The notes beneath the pieces are model-generated. The model was not told the DNA's origin, made no database searches, and was given only the letters and a program-made list of their open reading frames with translations. Both the position numbers and the translations under genes were made by a program. Source: an uncultured Gemmatimonadales bacterium (GTDB lineage Bacteria > Gemmatimonadota > Gemmatimonadetes > Longimicrobiales > RSA9). Taken from it: a DNA stretch of 64,000 nt. Of this stretch, positions 49,725-60,756 are shown piece by piece. Every line of letters starts with the position of its first letter. Position 1 is the stretch's first letter. Location of the stretch: the NCBI GenBank assembly GCA_963728445.1, contig CAVSJO010000008.1, forward strand, positions 122,333-186,332, given 5' to 3'.

Positions 49725-50924
49725 ATGGAGCAGACGTATTTCCGCCGCGGCTTCGGACTCAAGAAGGAAGTCGAGCCGATCCTCGAGTCCGAGTACCACT
49801 CGAACCTCGTCGAGGAGATCCGCGCACAGGACTACACGGCCACGTTCGGGGACGTCACCGTCCGCATGGCCCGGCAGTTCGGATTCTGCTACGGCGTCGA
49901 CCGCGCCGTCGACTACGCGTACGAGACCGCGCACAAGTTCCCCGACCGGCGGATCTTCCTCCTCGGCGAGATCATCCACAACCCGTTCGTCAACCGGCGC
50001 ATGTCCGAGAAGGGCATCCGCTTCATCCACCCCGGGGAGGACGGCGCGTTCGACTTCTCCGGCCTGACGCCCGACGACGTCGTCATCCTGCCGGCCTTCG
50101 GGGCCACGCTGAAGGATTTCAAGCGGCTGCAGGAGACCGGCAGCATCCTGGTCGATACCACGTGCGGCTCCGTGCTCGTCGTCTGGAAGCGCGTCGACCA
50201 GTACGCCCGCGACGGGTTCACCGCCCTGGTGCACGGCAAGGCGTACCATGAGGAGACGCGCGCGACCGTCTCCCAGACGCAGAACCACGAGGGCGGCCGC
50301 TACATCATCGTCCGGGACATGGCCGAGGCCCGCCTCGTCTGCGACTACATCGAGCAGGCGCCCGAAGCGCTGGGGCGGGACGCCTTCCTCGAGCACTTCC
50401 GCGAGAAGGTCACGCCCGGCTTCGACCCCGACGCCGACCTCCAGCGCATCGGCGTCGCCAACCAGACGACCATGCTCGCCGGCGACTCCCTCGCCATCGC
50501 CGCGGAGGTGAAGAAGAGCCTCGTCCGCCGCTACGGCGACGCCTCCATCGACGAACACTTCCGATCCTTCGACACCATCTGCTCCGCCACGCAGGAGCGG
50601 CAGGACGCGGTCAAGGACATGATGCAGTCGCCCCCGGACGTCATGCTCGTCATCGGCGGCTACAACTCCTCCAACACCAACCACCTGGCACACATGTGCC
50701 GGCAGTACACCCGCACCTTCCACATCGCGGATTCCGATCGGATCGACCCCGCCGCCAACCGCATCCGCCACAAGCCCGACCTCCCGGCCGACACCCCGGA
50801 GGAGACCACCGACGGGTGGCTACCCGACGGACCGTTCTCCATCGGCGTCACCGCCGGCGCGTCGACGCCCAACAACAAGATCGGAGAAGCCGTCGCCCGG
50901 GTTCTGGAGACGCGACGCGGGTAG
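49725..50924 (+). CDS. ispH: 4-hydroxy-3-methylbut-2-enyl diphosphate reductase
   Basis: GFCYGV, IIHN, DTTC, HEET, NQTT, TICSAT, SSNT, TAGASTP. Confidence 0.93.
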   Translation: MEQTYFRRGFGLKKEVEPILESEYHSNLVEEIRAQDYTATFGDVTVRMARQFGFCYGVDRAVDYAYETAHKFPDRRIFLLGEIIHNPFVNRRMSEKGIRFIHPGEDGAFDFSGLTPDDVVILPAFGATLKDFKRLQETGSILVDTTCGSVLVVWKRVDQYARDGFTALVHGKAYHEETRATVSQTQNHEGGRYIIVRDMAEARLVCDYIEQAPEALGRDAFLEHFREKVTPGFDPDADLQRIGVANQTTMLAGDSLAIAAEVKKSLVRRYGDASIDEHFRSFDTICSATQERQDAVKDMMQSPPDVMLVIGGYNSSNTNHLAHMCRQYTRTFHIADSDRIDPAANRIRHKPDLPADTPEETTDGWLPDGPFSIGVTAGASTPNNKIGEAVARVLETRRG

Positions 50925-51060
50925 GCGGCCTGCGGGGCCGCAGAGCCGCCGGCGGCCCCGTCCGGACGGCGACCGGCGAACGGGATTCCGATGGCCCGCT
51001 CCGTGCATGAGGTGATGGCGGGGGACGAAGGGGAATCTCAACGGCAAATCAGTGTCCAAC

Positions 51061-51888
51061 ATGCGCTTACGGAAACGCGAACGGAAGCACGAGCGGCGAG
51101 GGTGGCCGTGGCGGGCCGCATGGCCGGCGGCGCTTGCGTGCGCGCTGGCCTGGCTCGCGCCGGCGTCCGTCGCCGCCGCGGGGGCCGGGCGGCCGGACGG
51201 GGCGGCCGCGGGTCAGGGCGGGCCGGTCGCGGTGGCGGCGGTCGACAGCGGTGGTGCGTCGAGCGCCCGTGCGGGCGCGCGCAGCGGCGGGCACATCGTC
51301 GTCTCCCTCGGCGCGCGGCGGCTCTGGTACATCGTCGGCGCGGACACGGTGCTCGCGGCGAAGGTGGCGGTGGGGCGCGGCACGACGTTCGAGTACGGCG
51401 GAAGGACGTACCGGTTCTACACGCCCCGGGGCCGACGCCGGATCCTGGACAAGTCCTCGGACCCGATGTGGATCCCGCCGGACTGGCACTACTTCGAGAA
51501 GGCGGTGGAGAACGGCTGGACGGTCGTGGAGCTGAAGCAGGGTGAGCGGACGATGCTGGGCGACAGCACGTGGCTCGAGATGCACGGCGACACGGTGGGC
51601 CGCGTGGACCGGCAGGGCCGCTGGCGGCCGTGGACGCAGGGAATGGAGATCGTGTTCGGCGACACGCTCTACGTTCCGCCGTTCGGCTCGGTGCAGCGGC
51701 GCATCCCGGAGGCGCTGGGCCCGTACAAGCTGGCGCTGGGCGACGGCTACTACATCCACGGAACGAACCCGTACGACGAGGATTCCATCGGGAACGCTGT
51801 GAGCCACGGCTGTATTCGCATGAGCAACGACCAGCTGGCGCTGCTTTACCCGCTGGTGCGCGTCGGTACGCCCGTCTATATCCATTAG
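51061..51888 (+). CDS. L,D-transpeptidase (YkuD domain)
   Basis: Signal peptide; IHGTN...SHGCIRM. Confidence 0.9.
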   Translation: MRLRKRERKHERRGWPWRAAWPAALACALAWLAPASVAAAGAGRPDGAAAGQGGPVAVAAVDSGGASSARAGARSGGHIVVSLGARRLWYIVGADTVLAAKVAVGRGTTFEYGGRTYRFYTPRGRRRILDKSSDPMWIPPDWHYFEKAVENGWTVVELKQGERTMLGDSTWLEMHGDTVGRVDRQGRWRPWTQGMEIVFGDTLYVPPFGSVQRRIPEALGPYKLALGDGYYIHGTNPYDEDSIGNAVSHGCIRMSNDQLALLYPLVRVGTPVYIH

Positions 51889-51980
51889 GAGAGGCACCGA
51901 CGAGACGAGCGGCACCGCTCGCGCCCGCCGGGCGCGGCCGGTGCCGCTGCGCATTTCGAACCGCGGAGGGAGAAGGGACG

Positions 51981-52856
51981 ATGGCGACGGACGCGAAGCC
52001 GATCAGCGAGCGAGGGTACGCGCATCCGGAGGTGCTCGTCTCGACGTCGTGGGTCGAGGACCACCTGGACGACCCCACGGTGCGCGTCGTGGAGGTGGAC
52101 GAGGACGTGCTGCTGTACGAGACCGGGCACGTGCCCGGGGCCGTGAAGATCGACTGGGTGGCGGACCTGAACGATCCGCTGCTGCGGGACTACATCCAGC
52201 CGGAGGACGTGCAGGCGCTGCTCCGCCGGCACGGCGTGTCCGCGGACACCACGCTGGTGCTCTACGGAGACAAGAACAACTGGTGGGCGACGTACGCCTT
52301 CTGGGTCTTCCGGCTCTTCGGCCTGGAGCGGATGAAGATCATGGATGGCGGCCGCGCGCTGTGGGAGCAGGAGGGACGGCCGATGTCCACGGAAACGCCC
52401 CACTATCCGGAAGGTGACGTGGCGGTCACCGCCCGGACGGACGCGGCGATCCGGGCGTTCCGGGAGGACGTCATGGCTCACGTACAGAGCGGCGGCGGAC
52501 TCGTGGACGTTCGAAGCCCGGAGGAGTTCCGGGGCGAGCGGCTGCACATGCCGGACTATCCCAACGAGGGCGCCCTTCGCGGCGGCCACATCCCGGGGGC
52601 GCACAACGTCCCGTGGAGCCGTGCGGTCGATCCGGGGACGCACACGTTCCTGCCGGTGGAGGCGCTCCGCTCGATCTACACCGGCGAGTGCGGCCTCACG
52701 CCCGACCAGGAGGTCGTGACGTACTGCAGGATCGGCGAGCGCTCGTCCCACTCCTGGTTCGTGCTGCACTACCTGCTCGGCTTCGACCGTGTCCGGAACT
52801 ACGACGGCTCGTGGACGGAGTGGGGCAACCTCGTCCGGGCGCCGATCGAGCGATGA
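51981..52856 (+). CDS. Two-domain rhodanese/thiosulfate sulfurtransferase (SseA/CysA-like)
   Basis: GHVPGA, GGHIPGA, active-site [16 protein letters not shown]. Confidence 0.92.
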   Translation: MATDAKPISERGYAHPEVLVSTSWVEDHLDDPTVRVVEVDEDVLLYETGHVPGAVKIDWVADLNDPLLRDYIQPEDVQALLRRHGVSADTTLVLYGDKNNWWATYAFWVFRLFGLERMKIMDGGRALWEQEGRPMSTETPHYPEGDVAVTARTDAAIRAFREDVMAHVQSGGGLVDVRSPEEFRGERLHMPDYPNEGALRGGHIPGAHNVPWSRAVDPGTHTFLPVEALRSIYTGECGLTPDQEVVTYCRIGERSSHSWFVLHYLLGFDRVRNYDGSWTEWGNLVRAPIER

Positions 52857-52869
52857 AGGGAGCGTAGTC

Positions 52870-53463
52870 GTGGACCGGCAGACGCGCATCCAGCTTCTGG
52901 TGGATCACTATAAGAACCCGCGCCACCGAGGCACCCTGGAGTCGCCGGACGTGTCGATGCCCGGCGGCAATCCGGGCTGCGGCGACGTCGTCACGATCCA
53001 TCTCCGGACGAAGGAAGACGCAGTCGAGGAGCTGGCGTTCGAGGGCGAGGGCTGCACGATCTCGCAGGCGGCCGCGTCGATCCTGGCGCAGCGGATCAAC
53101 CGGAAGAAGCCGAGCTTCGCCGAGATCGACGCCATGAGCTACGAGGAGATGATCGAGCTGCTCGGGGAGGACATCGTGGGCTCGCGTCCTCGCTGCGCCA
53201 CCCTCGCGCTGGGCACGCTCAAGGCCGCGGTGCGGCGGCTGGAGATGGACCGGCGCCTGCGAGCGGCCGGCCGGAGCGACGAAGAGATCGCCGAGATGCG
53301 CGCCGCGCTGACGCGACAGGCGTCGGGTGGCCTGGTATTCGGGGCGGGCGCCGCGGAGGCGGCCGGCCCGGCAGAGGCAGCTGGACCGTCGGAAGCAGGA
53401 GGCCCCGCGGAGGAGGGCCGCGATGCGGCGGCCGGTGGCGCGGAGACGGATCCGGCCCCCTGA
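52870..53463 (+). CDS. Second NifU_N (SufU/IscU-like) protein with an acidic Ala-rich tail
   Basis: DHYKNPR, NPGCGD, GCTISQA, RPRCA. Confidence 0.85.
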   Translation: MDRQTRIQLLVDHYKNPRHRGTLESPDVSMPGGNPGCGDVVTIHLRTKEDAVEELAFEGEGCTISQAAASILAQRINRKKPSFAEIDAMSYEEMIELLGEDIVGSRPRCATLALGTLKAAVRRLEMDRRLRAAGRSDEEIAEMRAALTRQASGGLVFGAGAAEAAGPAEAAGPSEAGGPAEEGRDAAAGGAETDPAP

Positions 53464-53504
53464 GGGCGCGGCTGCGGTGCGCCGTCCCCGGCGAATGCCC
53501 GGCG

Positions 53505-53936
<432 letters not shown>

Positions 53937-53940
<4 letters not shown>

Positions 53941-55163
53941 GCGCCGGCGCTGGCGGCCGGCCGGCCCGCTACGGCAGCGGCCAGGCGGTCGATGCCGTCA
54001 CGGAGCTCCGCCTCCGAGGCGGCGTACGAAAGCCGCACGAAGCGGTCGTCCCCGAACGCCTCCCCCGGCACGAGGGCGAGACCGGTCTCCTCGACGAGCC
54101 AGCGGCAGAACGCCACGGAGCCGGCTCGCGCCTCGTCGTCGTACCAGGAATCGGCCCGGAAGAAGAGGTAGAAGGCGCCGTCCGGCTGGACGAAATCCGC
54201 TTCCGGGAAGCGGTCCCGGAAAAGGGAGACGACGAGGTCCCGCCGCGCCCGGAATGCGTCCCGCATGCGCAGAACGTCCGCCTCCGCATCCCCGCGGAAG
54301 GCCACCGCAGCCGCGTACTGGGACGGCGTGCTCGCGTTGGACGTCGTGTGACCCTGCACCGCCGCGATGCGGGCGGTGACTTCGGCCCCGGCGTACGAGT
54401 AGCCGATGCGCCAGCCCGTCATGGCGTAGTTCTTCGACGCGCCGCCGATCACGACGTCCCTCTCGTGCAGCGGGCCCAGGTCGAGCAGGCCGGCGGCCCG
54501 ATCGGTCGTGAAGCAGATGCGGTTGTAGATCTCGTCGCTGATGACGGCGACGTCGTTGCGGTGCGCCCACTCCACCACGGCCCGCAGCTCCTCCGCTGAG
54601 TAGACGGCGCCGCTGGGGTTCGTGGGCGAATTGAGCAGCAGTCCGGCGGCGCCCCCGGCGGCTGCGTCGCTCAGCAGCGCCGGAGTCAGCTTGTGTCCCG
54701 CACCCTCGTCGCCCGCCACGACGACCGGCTCCGCCCGGGCGAGACGCACGATCTCCGGGTAGCTCGTCCAGTACGGCGCCGGGATCAGCACGCGGTCGCC
54801 CGGGCCGAAGAGGCTGAAGCACGCGTTGAAGAGCGCCTGCTTCGCGCCCGTGCTCACGACGACGCCGGCGGGGTCGACCGCCACCGCCCGTCCGCGGCCC
54901 AGCTCGGCGGCGACCGCCTTGCGGATCTCGGGCGTGCCGCCTACCGGCGTGTAGCCCGTCCTGCCGTCCTCGATGGCCCGAATCCCGGCGCGGGACACGA
55001 TCTCCGGGGTCGGGAAGTCGGGCTCGCCGGCGCTCAGGTCCACCACGTCGCGGCCGGCGGCGGCGAGCTGCTTGGCGAGTGCGGCGACGGCGAGGGTGGC
55101 GGAAGGCTTGATATCGGCGACATTCGGGCTGGTCCGCACGTTCCACTCCTTCGCTGTGTCCAT
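53937..55163 (-). CDS. Class I/II PLP aminotransferase (aspartate aminotransferase-like)
   Basis: GEPDF, GAKQAL, NSPTNPSG, SDEIY, SKNYAMTGWRIGY. Confidence 0.92.
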
Positions 55164-55360
55164 GGCTGGCAGCGGCCCGCAGCGCGGGGTCCCGCGTTTC
55201 GGGCCGGACTCTGAAGATGCGGTGCCGGGACGGACGGGACAACGCCCCGGCGGCGCGTCGCTTGCACCCTCGAACTGCGGCGGGCAGATTACGCGGCCCC
55301 CGGAACGTGGCCGAGCACGGTCGCGTCAGAGGGGTGGGCGGGGCAGCGGTCGGAGGACAG

Positions 55361-55969
55361 ATGTCGGGGGACTCGAGTCGTGGACGGGTGAGGTTCTTCA
55401 CCGACTACGCCTGCCCGTTCAGCTACCTGGCCGAGCACGTGGTCGAGCGGCTTGGAGATTCCGGACCGGCGGTGGAGCGGGTGGGACTGCAGCTCCGGCC
55501 GGAGCCCACACCGCTTCCGGCGCCGGACGCGCCGGAGCTCGACCGCCAGTGGGAGGAGGCCATCCTGCCGCTCGCGCGTCGCATGCGGGTGGACGCGCGC
55601 CGCCCGGGCGTAGTCCCGCGCACCGCGAAGGCCCACGAAGCCGCGGCGTTCGCGCGTCGGCACGGCGCCTTCGACCGGCTCCACCGGGCGATCTTCCGCG
55701 CCTACTTCGTGGAGGGGCGGGACATCGGCCGCATCGACGAGCTCGTGCACCTCGCAGGCGCGGTCGGCCTGGACGAGACGGAGCTCCGGATCGCCCTCGA
55801 CATCGATGCGTTCGCCGACGCCGTGGCGGAGGCGGAGCAGGAGGCCGCGCGCTCCGGGGTGACCGGAGTGCCGGCCTTTGCCACGAATGAGGAGACGGTA
55901 CTGGGGCTTCAGCCGCCGGGCGTGCTCATCGCCCTCGCGGCCGGCGGCGCCGAACGTCGCCGCACCTGA
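55361..55969 (+). CDS. DsbA/FrnE family protein (CxxS)
   Basis: DYACPFSY, GVTGVP, GLQP. Confidence 0.82.
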   Translation: MSGDSSRGRVRFFTDYACPFSYLAEHVVERLGDSGPAVERVGLQLRPEPTPLPAPDAPELDRQWEEAILPLARRMRVDARRPGVVPRTAKAHEAAAFARRHGAFDRLHRAIFRAYFVEGRDIGRIDELVHLAGAVGLDETELRIALDIDAFADAVAEAEQEAARSGVTGVPAFATNEETVLGLQPPGVLIALAAGGAERRRT

Positions 55970-55986
55970 ACTCGAGGAGCCACTGA

Positions 55987-56271
55987 ATGGGCACGTACGA
56001 ACGAAACACCGTGACGCCGGTGCGGGAGGTCCTCCGCGTCGCAGAGGAGTTCCTGTCGGCCCGGATCCCGATCCGGAAGGTGGCGGGCGACGCGCACTCC
56101 GTCACCCTCGAGGGCGGAGACGGCCGCGCGGTAGTCTCCGCACATCGCCACGGCATGGACACGGTGGTGAGCGTCGCGACCGATCAGGTGCGGACCTCCC
56201 GCATCGACGGCGAAGCACAGCATTTCCTGAATCAACTGCCGTACCAGCCCGGCGACAAGCCGCAGCTGTAG
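55987..56271 (+). CDS. Hypothetical protein
   Basis: GAGGAG RBS; natural composition; operonic position. Confidence 0.65.
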   Translation: MGTYERNTVTPVREVLRVAEEFLSARIPIRKVAGDAHSVTLEGGDGRAVVSAHRHGMDTVVSVATDQVRTSRIDGEAQHFLNQLPYQPGDKPQL

Positions 56272-56297
56272 GCACGAAAGGCGTCGGGACACACACG

Positions 56298-58080
56298 ATG
56301 GCGGAACCCGAGTACACCGAGCTGGGACTCACGGAGCGCACCGCAGCCGCCGCGCTGGCGGCTGGCTGGGACGCGCCGACCTACCTCCAGCGGATCGCGA
56401 TCCCCGTGATCCGGCGGGGCGGCAATGCCGCCCTCCTGGCGACCTCCGGCGCCGGGGTGGTCGGCGCCTGGGGCCTCCCCCTCCTCGACCGCCTGCTGGA
56501 GGAAGGCGACGCCGGGACCGGCACCCCGCGCGCCCTCGTCCTCGCGCCCACGCCGGAGCAGGCCGCGGCGCGCGCCGTCTGCCTCGGCCGCCTGGCCAGG
56601 CGGAACGGATCTCCGCATCGCCGCGCTCTCGCCCGCGTGGCCCGCGCCGGCCGAAGCCGCCGTCCTCGTCGCGGATCCCGCCGCCGCCCTGGCGGCCATG
56701 AAGGGGTCCCGCCTGAAGCTCGAGGGCGTCGCCGCGGTCGTGGTGGACGGGATCGACGCCATCGCCGCCCTCGACGGCCTCGAAGCCGTCGAGGCTCTGG
56801 TCGGGGCTGCGCCCCGGGACGCGCAGCGGATCGTCAGCGGCGGCGATGACGACGCGCTGGACGAGTTCGTCGAGCGCCACGGCCGCCGCGCCGTTCGATT
56901 CCCGCCCCGCCCCGCGGACGCCCGCGCTTCGGCCGCCAGCGGTCCTGCGGGCGCCACGACGGGCTATCTCGTCGTTACGGCCGCCGGCCGCGCGGAGGCC
57001 GTCGCAGCCCGGATCGCCGCGGGCGATCCCGGCCAGCGCTGGCGCGTTCCGGTGCGGACGCCGCGCGAGGCGAACGTCCTCGTGACGGATCTGCGAGCTC
57101 GCGGCTTCGACGCCGCGACGGGCGGGTCCGAGGACGCCCGCGTGCTCGTGACGTCCGCCGCGGAGCCGGACACGGGCGACGACGATCGCGCGGTCCTGAG
57201 CGCGAGTCCCCCCTTCGACGCCGGGACGCTGCGCGCCCTTCACGGCACCTCGGGCGGCGTGGTGCTGCTGGAGGCGCGGGAGCTGCCCCACCTCCGGCGC
57301 ATCGCCGCGGAGGCGGGCGTGCCGCTTACCGCCGCGGCCGGCGCCGCGCACGCCGGCGGCGCACCCGACACCGTTCACGCGTTCCGCCAGACCGTGCGGC
57401 GCGCGCTCCAGGAGGAAGACGTGGACGCGCAGCTCCTGGTCCTCGGCCCGCTCCTCGAAGAAGCGTCCGGAGCCGAGATCGCCGCCGCCCTCGCGGCGCT
57501 GCTGCGCCAGCGCCGGCCTGCCGTTCCGGCGCCGCAGGCCCAGGCGCCGCAGGTCGCTTCGGCCGTGCCCTCGTCCTCATCCCCGCCGCCGCCGACCGCC
57601 GGGCCCGCGATGACGGGACTGTTCATCAGTCTCGGCGACAAGGACCGCATCCGACCCGGCGACCTCGTGGGCGCCATCACCGGCGAGGCCCAGGTGCGGG
57701 GCGAACAGATCGGCCGCATCGAGATCCGCGAGACGTTTTCACTCGTGGAGGTCGAACAGAGCATCGCCGAGCGGGTCATCGGCGCGCTGAACGGCACGAC
57801 GCTCCGGGGACGCAGCGTGCGGGTCGACTACGACAGGAAGTCGGGCGGCTCGCCGGGGGCCACCGGGCAGCACTCGCCAGGCGGCGCGCGGAATCAGCCG
57901 CCCCGGGGGCGCCCTCCCGGGGGACGCCCATCGGGCGGGCGGCCTTCCGGCGGTCGGCCTTCCGGCGGGCGGCCTTCCGGCGGGCGGCCTTCCGGCGGGC
58001 GGCCTTCGGGCGGTCGACCCTCTGGCGGACGGCCTTCGGGCGGACGGACGGGCGGAGGAGGCGAGCGCGGCAACCGCTGA
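56298..58080 (+). CDS. Degenerate DEAD-box helicase-like protein with C-terminal DbpA RNA-binding domain; frameshift near 56598
   Basis: Q-motif (YTELGL...PTYLQ) and ALVLAPT retained; DbpA domain LFISLGDKDRIRPGDLVGAI...IGRIEIRETFSLVEV; Walker A and DEAD motifs degenerate. Confidence 0.78.
57919..58048 (+). repeat. 15-bp coding tandem repeat encoding (GGRPS)n, about 8 copies
   Basis: Repeated GGCGGGCGGCCTTCC-like units in the C-terminal tail. Confidence 0.85.
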
Positions 58081-58127
58081 GGATCGCGGGTGACGAGGCG
58101 GGGCGCTGTACCACGGCGGCTGCAGCG

Positions 58128-58170
58128 AAAAAAGAGCGGGCCGCGCCGAGTGATCGGCGCAGCCCGCTCT
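58128..58170 (-). terminator. Rho-independent terminator of hup
   Basis: Long GC stem AGAGCGGGC..GCGCCGA/TCGGCGC..GCCCGCTCT followed by a T run on the minus strand. Confidence 0.75.
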
Positions 58171-58194
58171 CGCGTGGACCCGCGTGGGTCCGGC

Positions 58195-58479
58195 CTACTT
58201 CACGGCGTCCTTCAGGCCCTTGCCGGCCCGGAAGGAGGGGCTTGTGGATGCCCCGATCTTGATCTCCTTGCCGGTGCGGGGGTTCCGCCCCATGCGAGCC
58301 TTCCGCTTCCGGGTTTCGAACGTGCCGAAGCCGGTGATCTGAACCCGGTCGCCTTTCTTAAGCGCCGAGGCGATGATCCCCTTGTTGGCCCCGAACAACG
58401 CGTCGACAGCCTTCTGGGCGTCGGACTTCGTCAGGTTCGATTTGTCGGCCAACTTCTGTACCAGCTCCGACTTGTTCAT
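58195..58479 (-). CDS. hup: HU family DNA-binding protein
   Basis: MNKSELV, GFGTFE, RMGRNPRTG, PSFRAGKGLK. Confidence 0.95.
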   Translation of the reverse strand: MNKSELVQKLADKSNLTKSDAQKAVDALFGANKGIIASALKKGDRVQITGFGTFETRKRKARMGRNPRTGKEIKIGASTSPSFRAGKGLKDAVK

Positions 58480-58652
58480 CGCGCACTCCTCGCCGAGGTG
58501 GATGGTGTGACGGCTCGGTCCCGAACGGACTCCCATCGTCGCTGCGGCGACCCTTGCGCGGCTCCGGCGGAAACGGGCAAGTTGTCGCCCGCGGCGCCCG
58601 CCGCGCGAGTCGCCGATCCGGGCGGTTCTGCCGGACAGGACGACGCACCCTC

Positions 58653-58681
58653 ACACTAGAGCGGGGGCATGGGTGCGTCAA
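58653..58681 (-). promoter_or_regulatory. Putative sigma70 promoter TTGACG-N17-TAGTGT for hup
   Basis: Consensus-like hexamers with 17-bp spacing, about 170 nt upstream of the ATG. Confidence 0.5.
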
Positions 58682-58762
58682 GAGAGTTGCCAGTAAACAT
58701 CGGCACTTCCGGCTGCCGGACCCCCGCTGACAGGCCGTGGATTTCCCTCCGAAGCGAGTCGA

Positions 58763-60145
58763 ATGGAGTCCGGAACCGAACCGCTCTGGCAGCGTGAGCT
58801 CGAGGTCGCCCGCGAGATCACCCAGGCCTTCCTCACGGCCGCGCAGCCCCTCGAGGTCTATCGCCTCGCCCTGGCCCGGGTGCTCCCCCTGGTCAACGCG
58901 ACGTTCGCATCCGTCTTCCTGCGGGAAGAGAACGATCCGGACCTGCTCCGGCTCGTGTGCGCCCAGAACTGGCCGCAGGCCTCCGCCCGCTTCCTGAGCC
59001 AGCTGCGGATCCGCGTCGGTCGCGGGCCGACGGGCCGGGCCGTGGCGGAAAACGCCGCCGTCGCAGTGGAAGACGTGTTCGTAGACCCCACGCTGCGCGA
59101 GTGGTGGGAGCCTGCCCACGAGATCGGCTTCGCTTCTCTCATCTCCCTGCCGCTGCGCACGGACACGGCGACGATGGGCGCGCTCAGCTTCTACTTCGAG
59201 AAGCCCCACGACTTCCGCGACGACGAGGTCGCCCTTCTCAGCCTGATCGCCGATCAGCTCTCCGCGACCGCCGAGCGGGCCCATCGCATGGAGTCCCTCG
59301 AGGCGAGGAATCGCGAGCTCGAGCGGCGCATCGAGGAGATGCGGGGCCACATGAAGGACGCGGAAGAGGCGCGTCGCCTGAAGGACGAGTTCCTGGCCAA
59401 CATGAGCCACGAGCTCCGCACGCCCCTCAGCTCCATCCTCGGCTACGCCTACCTTCTCCACAGCGGCAACGAGGGAGAGCTGACCGAGGCACAGTCGTCG
59501 ATCGTCAGAAAGATCGAGCACTCGGGAAGCGCGCTGCAGAGGCTCATCACGGACCTGCTCGATCTGTCCCAGCTCAAGCTCGGGCGGACCGCGATGCGGC
59601 CGACGCCCGGAGAGGCGGTGCAACTCTTCGAGCAGGCCGCGGCAGCGGTCGGCGATCCTCCCGAGGGCGTCGAGCTTCGCGTCGAGACTCCGGACGGCAG
59701 GATCCCCGTCACGACGGACGGCGAAAAGGTGGTGAAGATCCTGGAGAACCTGCTCTCGAACGCGTACAAGTTCATGACGAAAGGAGAGGTACGGGTCACC
59801 GTGCGCCAGCAGCGCGGGTTCGCCGCCTCCGGGATCGCCCGGCGGCCCGACGACGCGGCCTCGAACCTCGGCCGCGGACCCATCGTGGAGTGGGTCGTGG
59901 AGGACGGCGGGATCGGCATCGAGCCCGACGACATGGAGTCGATCTTCGACGAGTTCCGGCAGGTCGACGGCTCATCCACCCGCCTCTACGGCGGCACCGG
60001 CCTCGGTCTCGCCCTGTCGCTGCGGCTCGCACGGCTCCTGCGAGGTGAGATCCTCGTGGCGAGCGAGCCGGGCGAAGGCTCTACGTTCACACTGCGCCTT
60101 CCGGCGTCGCCAGCCACGGGTATCGAGAGCAAAGGAGCCGGCTGA
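58763..60145 (+). CDS. Cytoplasmic GAF-domain sensor histidine kinase
   Basis: GAF domain; FLANMSHELRTPL, NLLSNAYKF, DGGIGI, FRQVD, GTGLGL. Confidence 0.92.
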   Translation: MESGTEPLWQRELEVAREITQAFLTAAQPLEVYRLALARVLPLVNATFASVFLREENDPDLLRLVCAQNWPQASARFLSQLRIRVGRGPTGRAVAENAAVAVEDVFVDPTLREWWEPAHEIGFASLISLPLRTDTATMGALSFYFEKPHDFRDDEVALLSLIADQLSATAERAHRMESLEARNRELERRIEEMRGHMKDAEEARRLKDEFLANMSHELRTPLSSILGYAYLLHSGNEGELTEAQSSIVRKIEHSGSALQRLITDLLDLSQLKLGRTAMRPTPGEAVQLFEQAAAAVGDPPEGVELRVETPDGRIPVTTDGEKVVKILENLLSNAYKFMTKGEVRVTVRQQRGFAASGIARRPDDAASNLGRGPIVEWVVEDGGIGIEPDDMESIFDEFRQVDGSSTRLYGGTGLGLALSLRLARLLRGEILVASEPGEGSTFTLRLPASPATGIESKGAG

Positions 60146-60210
60146 ACGGGCCTGCCCGGGAGGCCGGCCGCACCGGATTCGAGAGACTGCAGCGCGGGAC
60201 AGGCCGGAAC

Positions 60211-60756
60211 ATGATCGATTACGAGGGCGCCTGGGAGCGGGCGGAGCCGTTCAAGCAGTTCGTCGACAGCGCTTCCCACCAACGTGAGATGTGGCTCGGC
60301 GTGTACCAGCGGACTGTCGTCCCCGAGTCCCTGGTGGACCGCGCCGCGGCGGCCGGCGGGCCGTGGCGAATTCTCGTTCTCGCCGAGGACTGGTGCGGTG
60401 ACGCGTTCAATACCGTGCCCGTCATCGCACGGCTCGCGGACCGAATTCCCGATGTGGAGGTGCGGATCCTCAAGCGGGACGAGAATCCCGCCGTCATGGA
60501 GGCGCATCTCACGGGCACCGCGCGCTCGATTCCCGTCGTCATGCTGCTGGACGGGGAGTTCCGGGAGCACGGATGGTGGGGTCCGAGACCCGCGGAGCTC
60601 CAGGAATGGTTCCAGGCGGAGGGCCGCGCGATGGAATCGAAGGACCGCTACAGGGAGATCCGTCGCTTCTACGCCCGGGACCGCGGCCGCACGACGCTCG
60701 AGGAGATCATTCGGATGATGGAGCGTGGCTCGCGGAGAGACCCCGCCGCGGCCTGA
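60211..60756 (+). CDS. Thioredoxin-fold protein (WCGD type)
   Basis: EDWCGD, SIPV, WGPRP. Confidence 0.85.
   Translation: MIDYEGAWERAEPFKQFVDSASHQREMWLGVYQRTVVPESLVDRAAAAGGPWRILVLAEDWCGDAFNTVPVIARLADRIPDVEVRILKRDENPAVMEAHLTGTARSIPVVMLLDGEFREHGWWGPRPAELQEWFQAEGRAMESKDRYREIRRFYARDRGRTTLEEIIRMMERGSRRDPAAA

Noticed and set aside
60707-60756. Functional link between the thioredoxin and the Cys-rich peptide operon (50-bp convergent overlap)
   Set aside because: The thioredoxin has no signal peptide and follows the kinase on the opposite strand; the overlap is likely incidental
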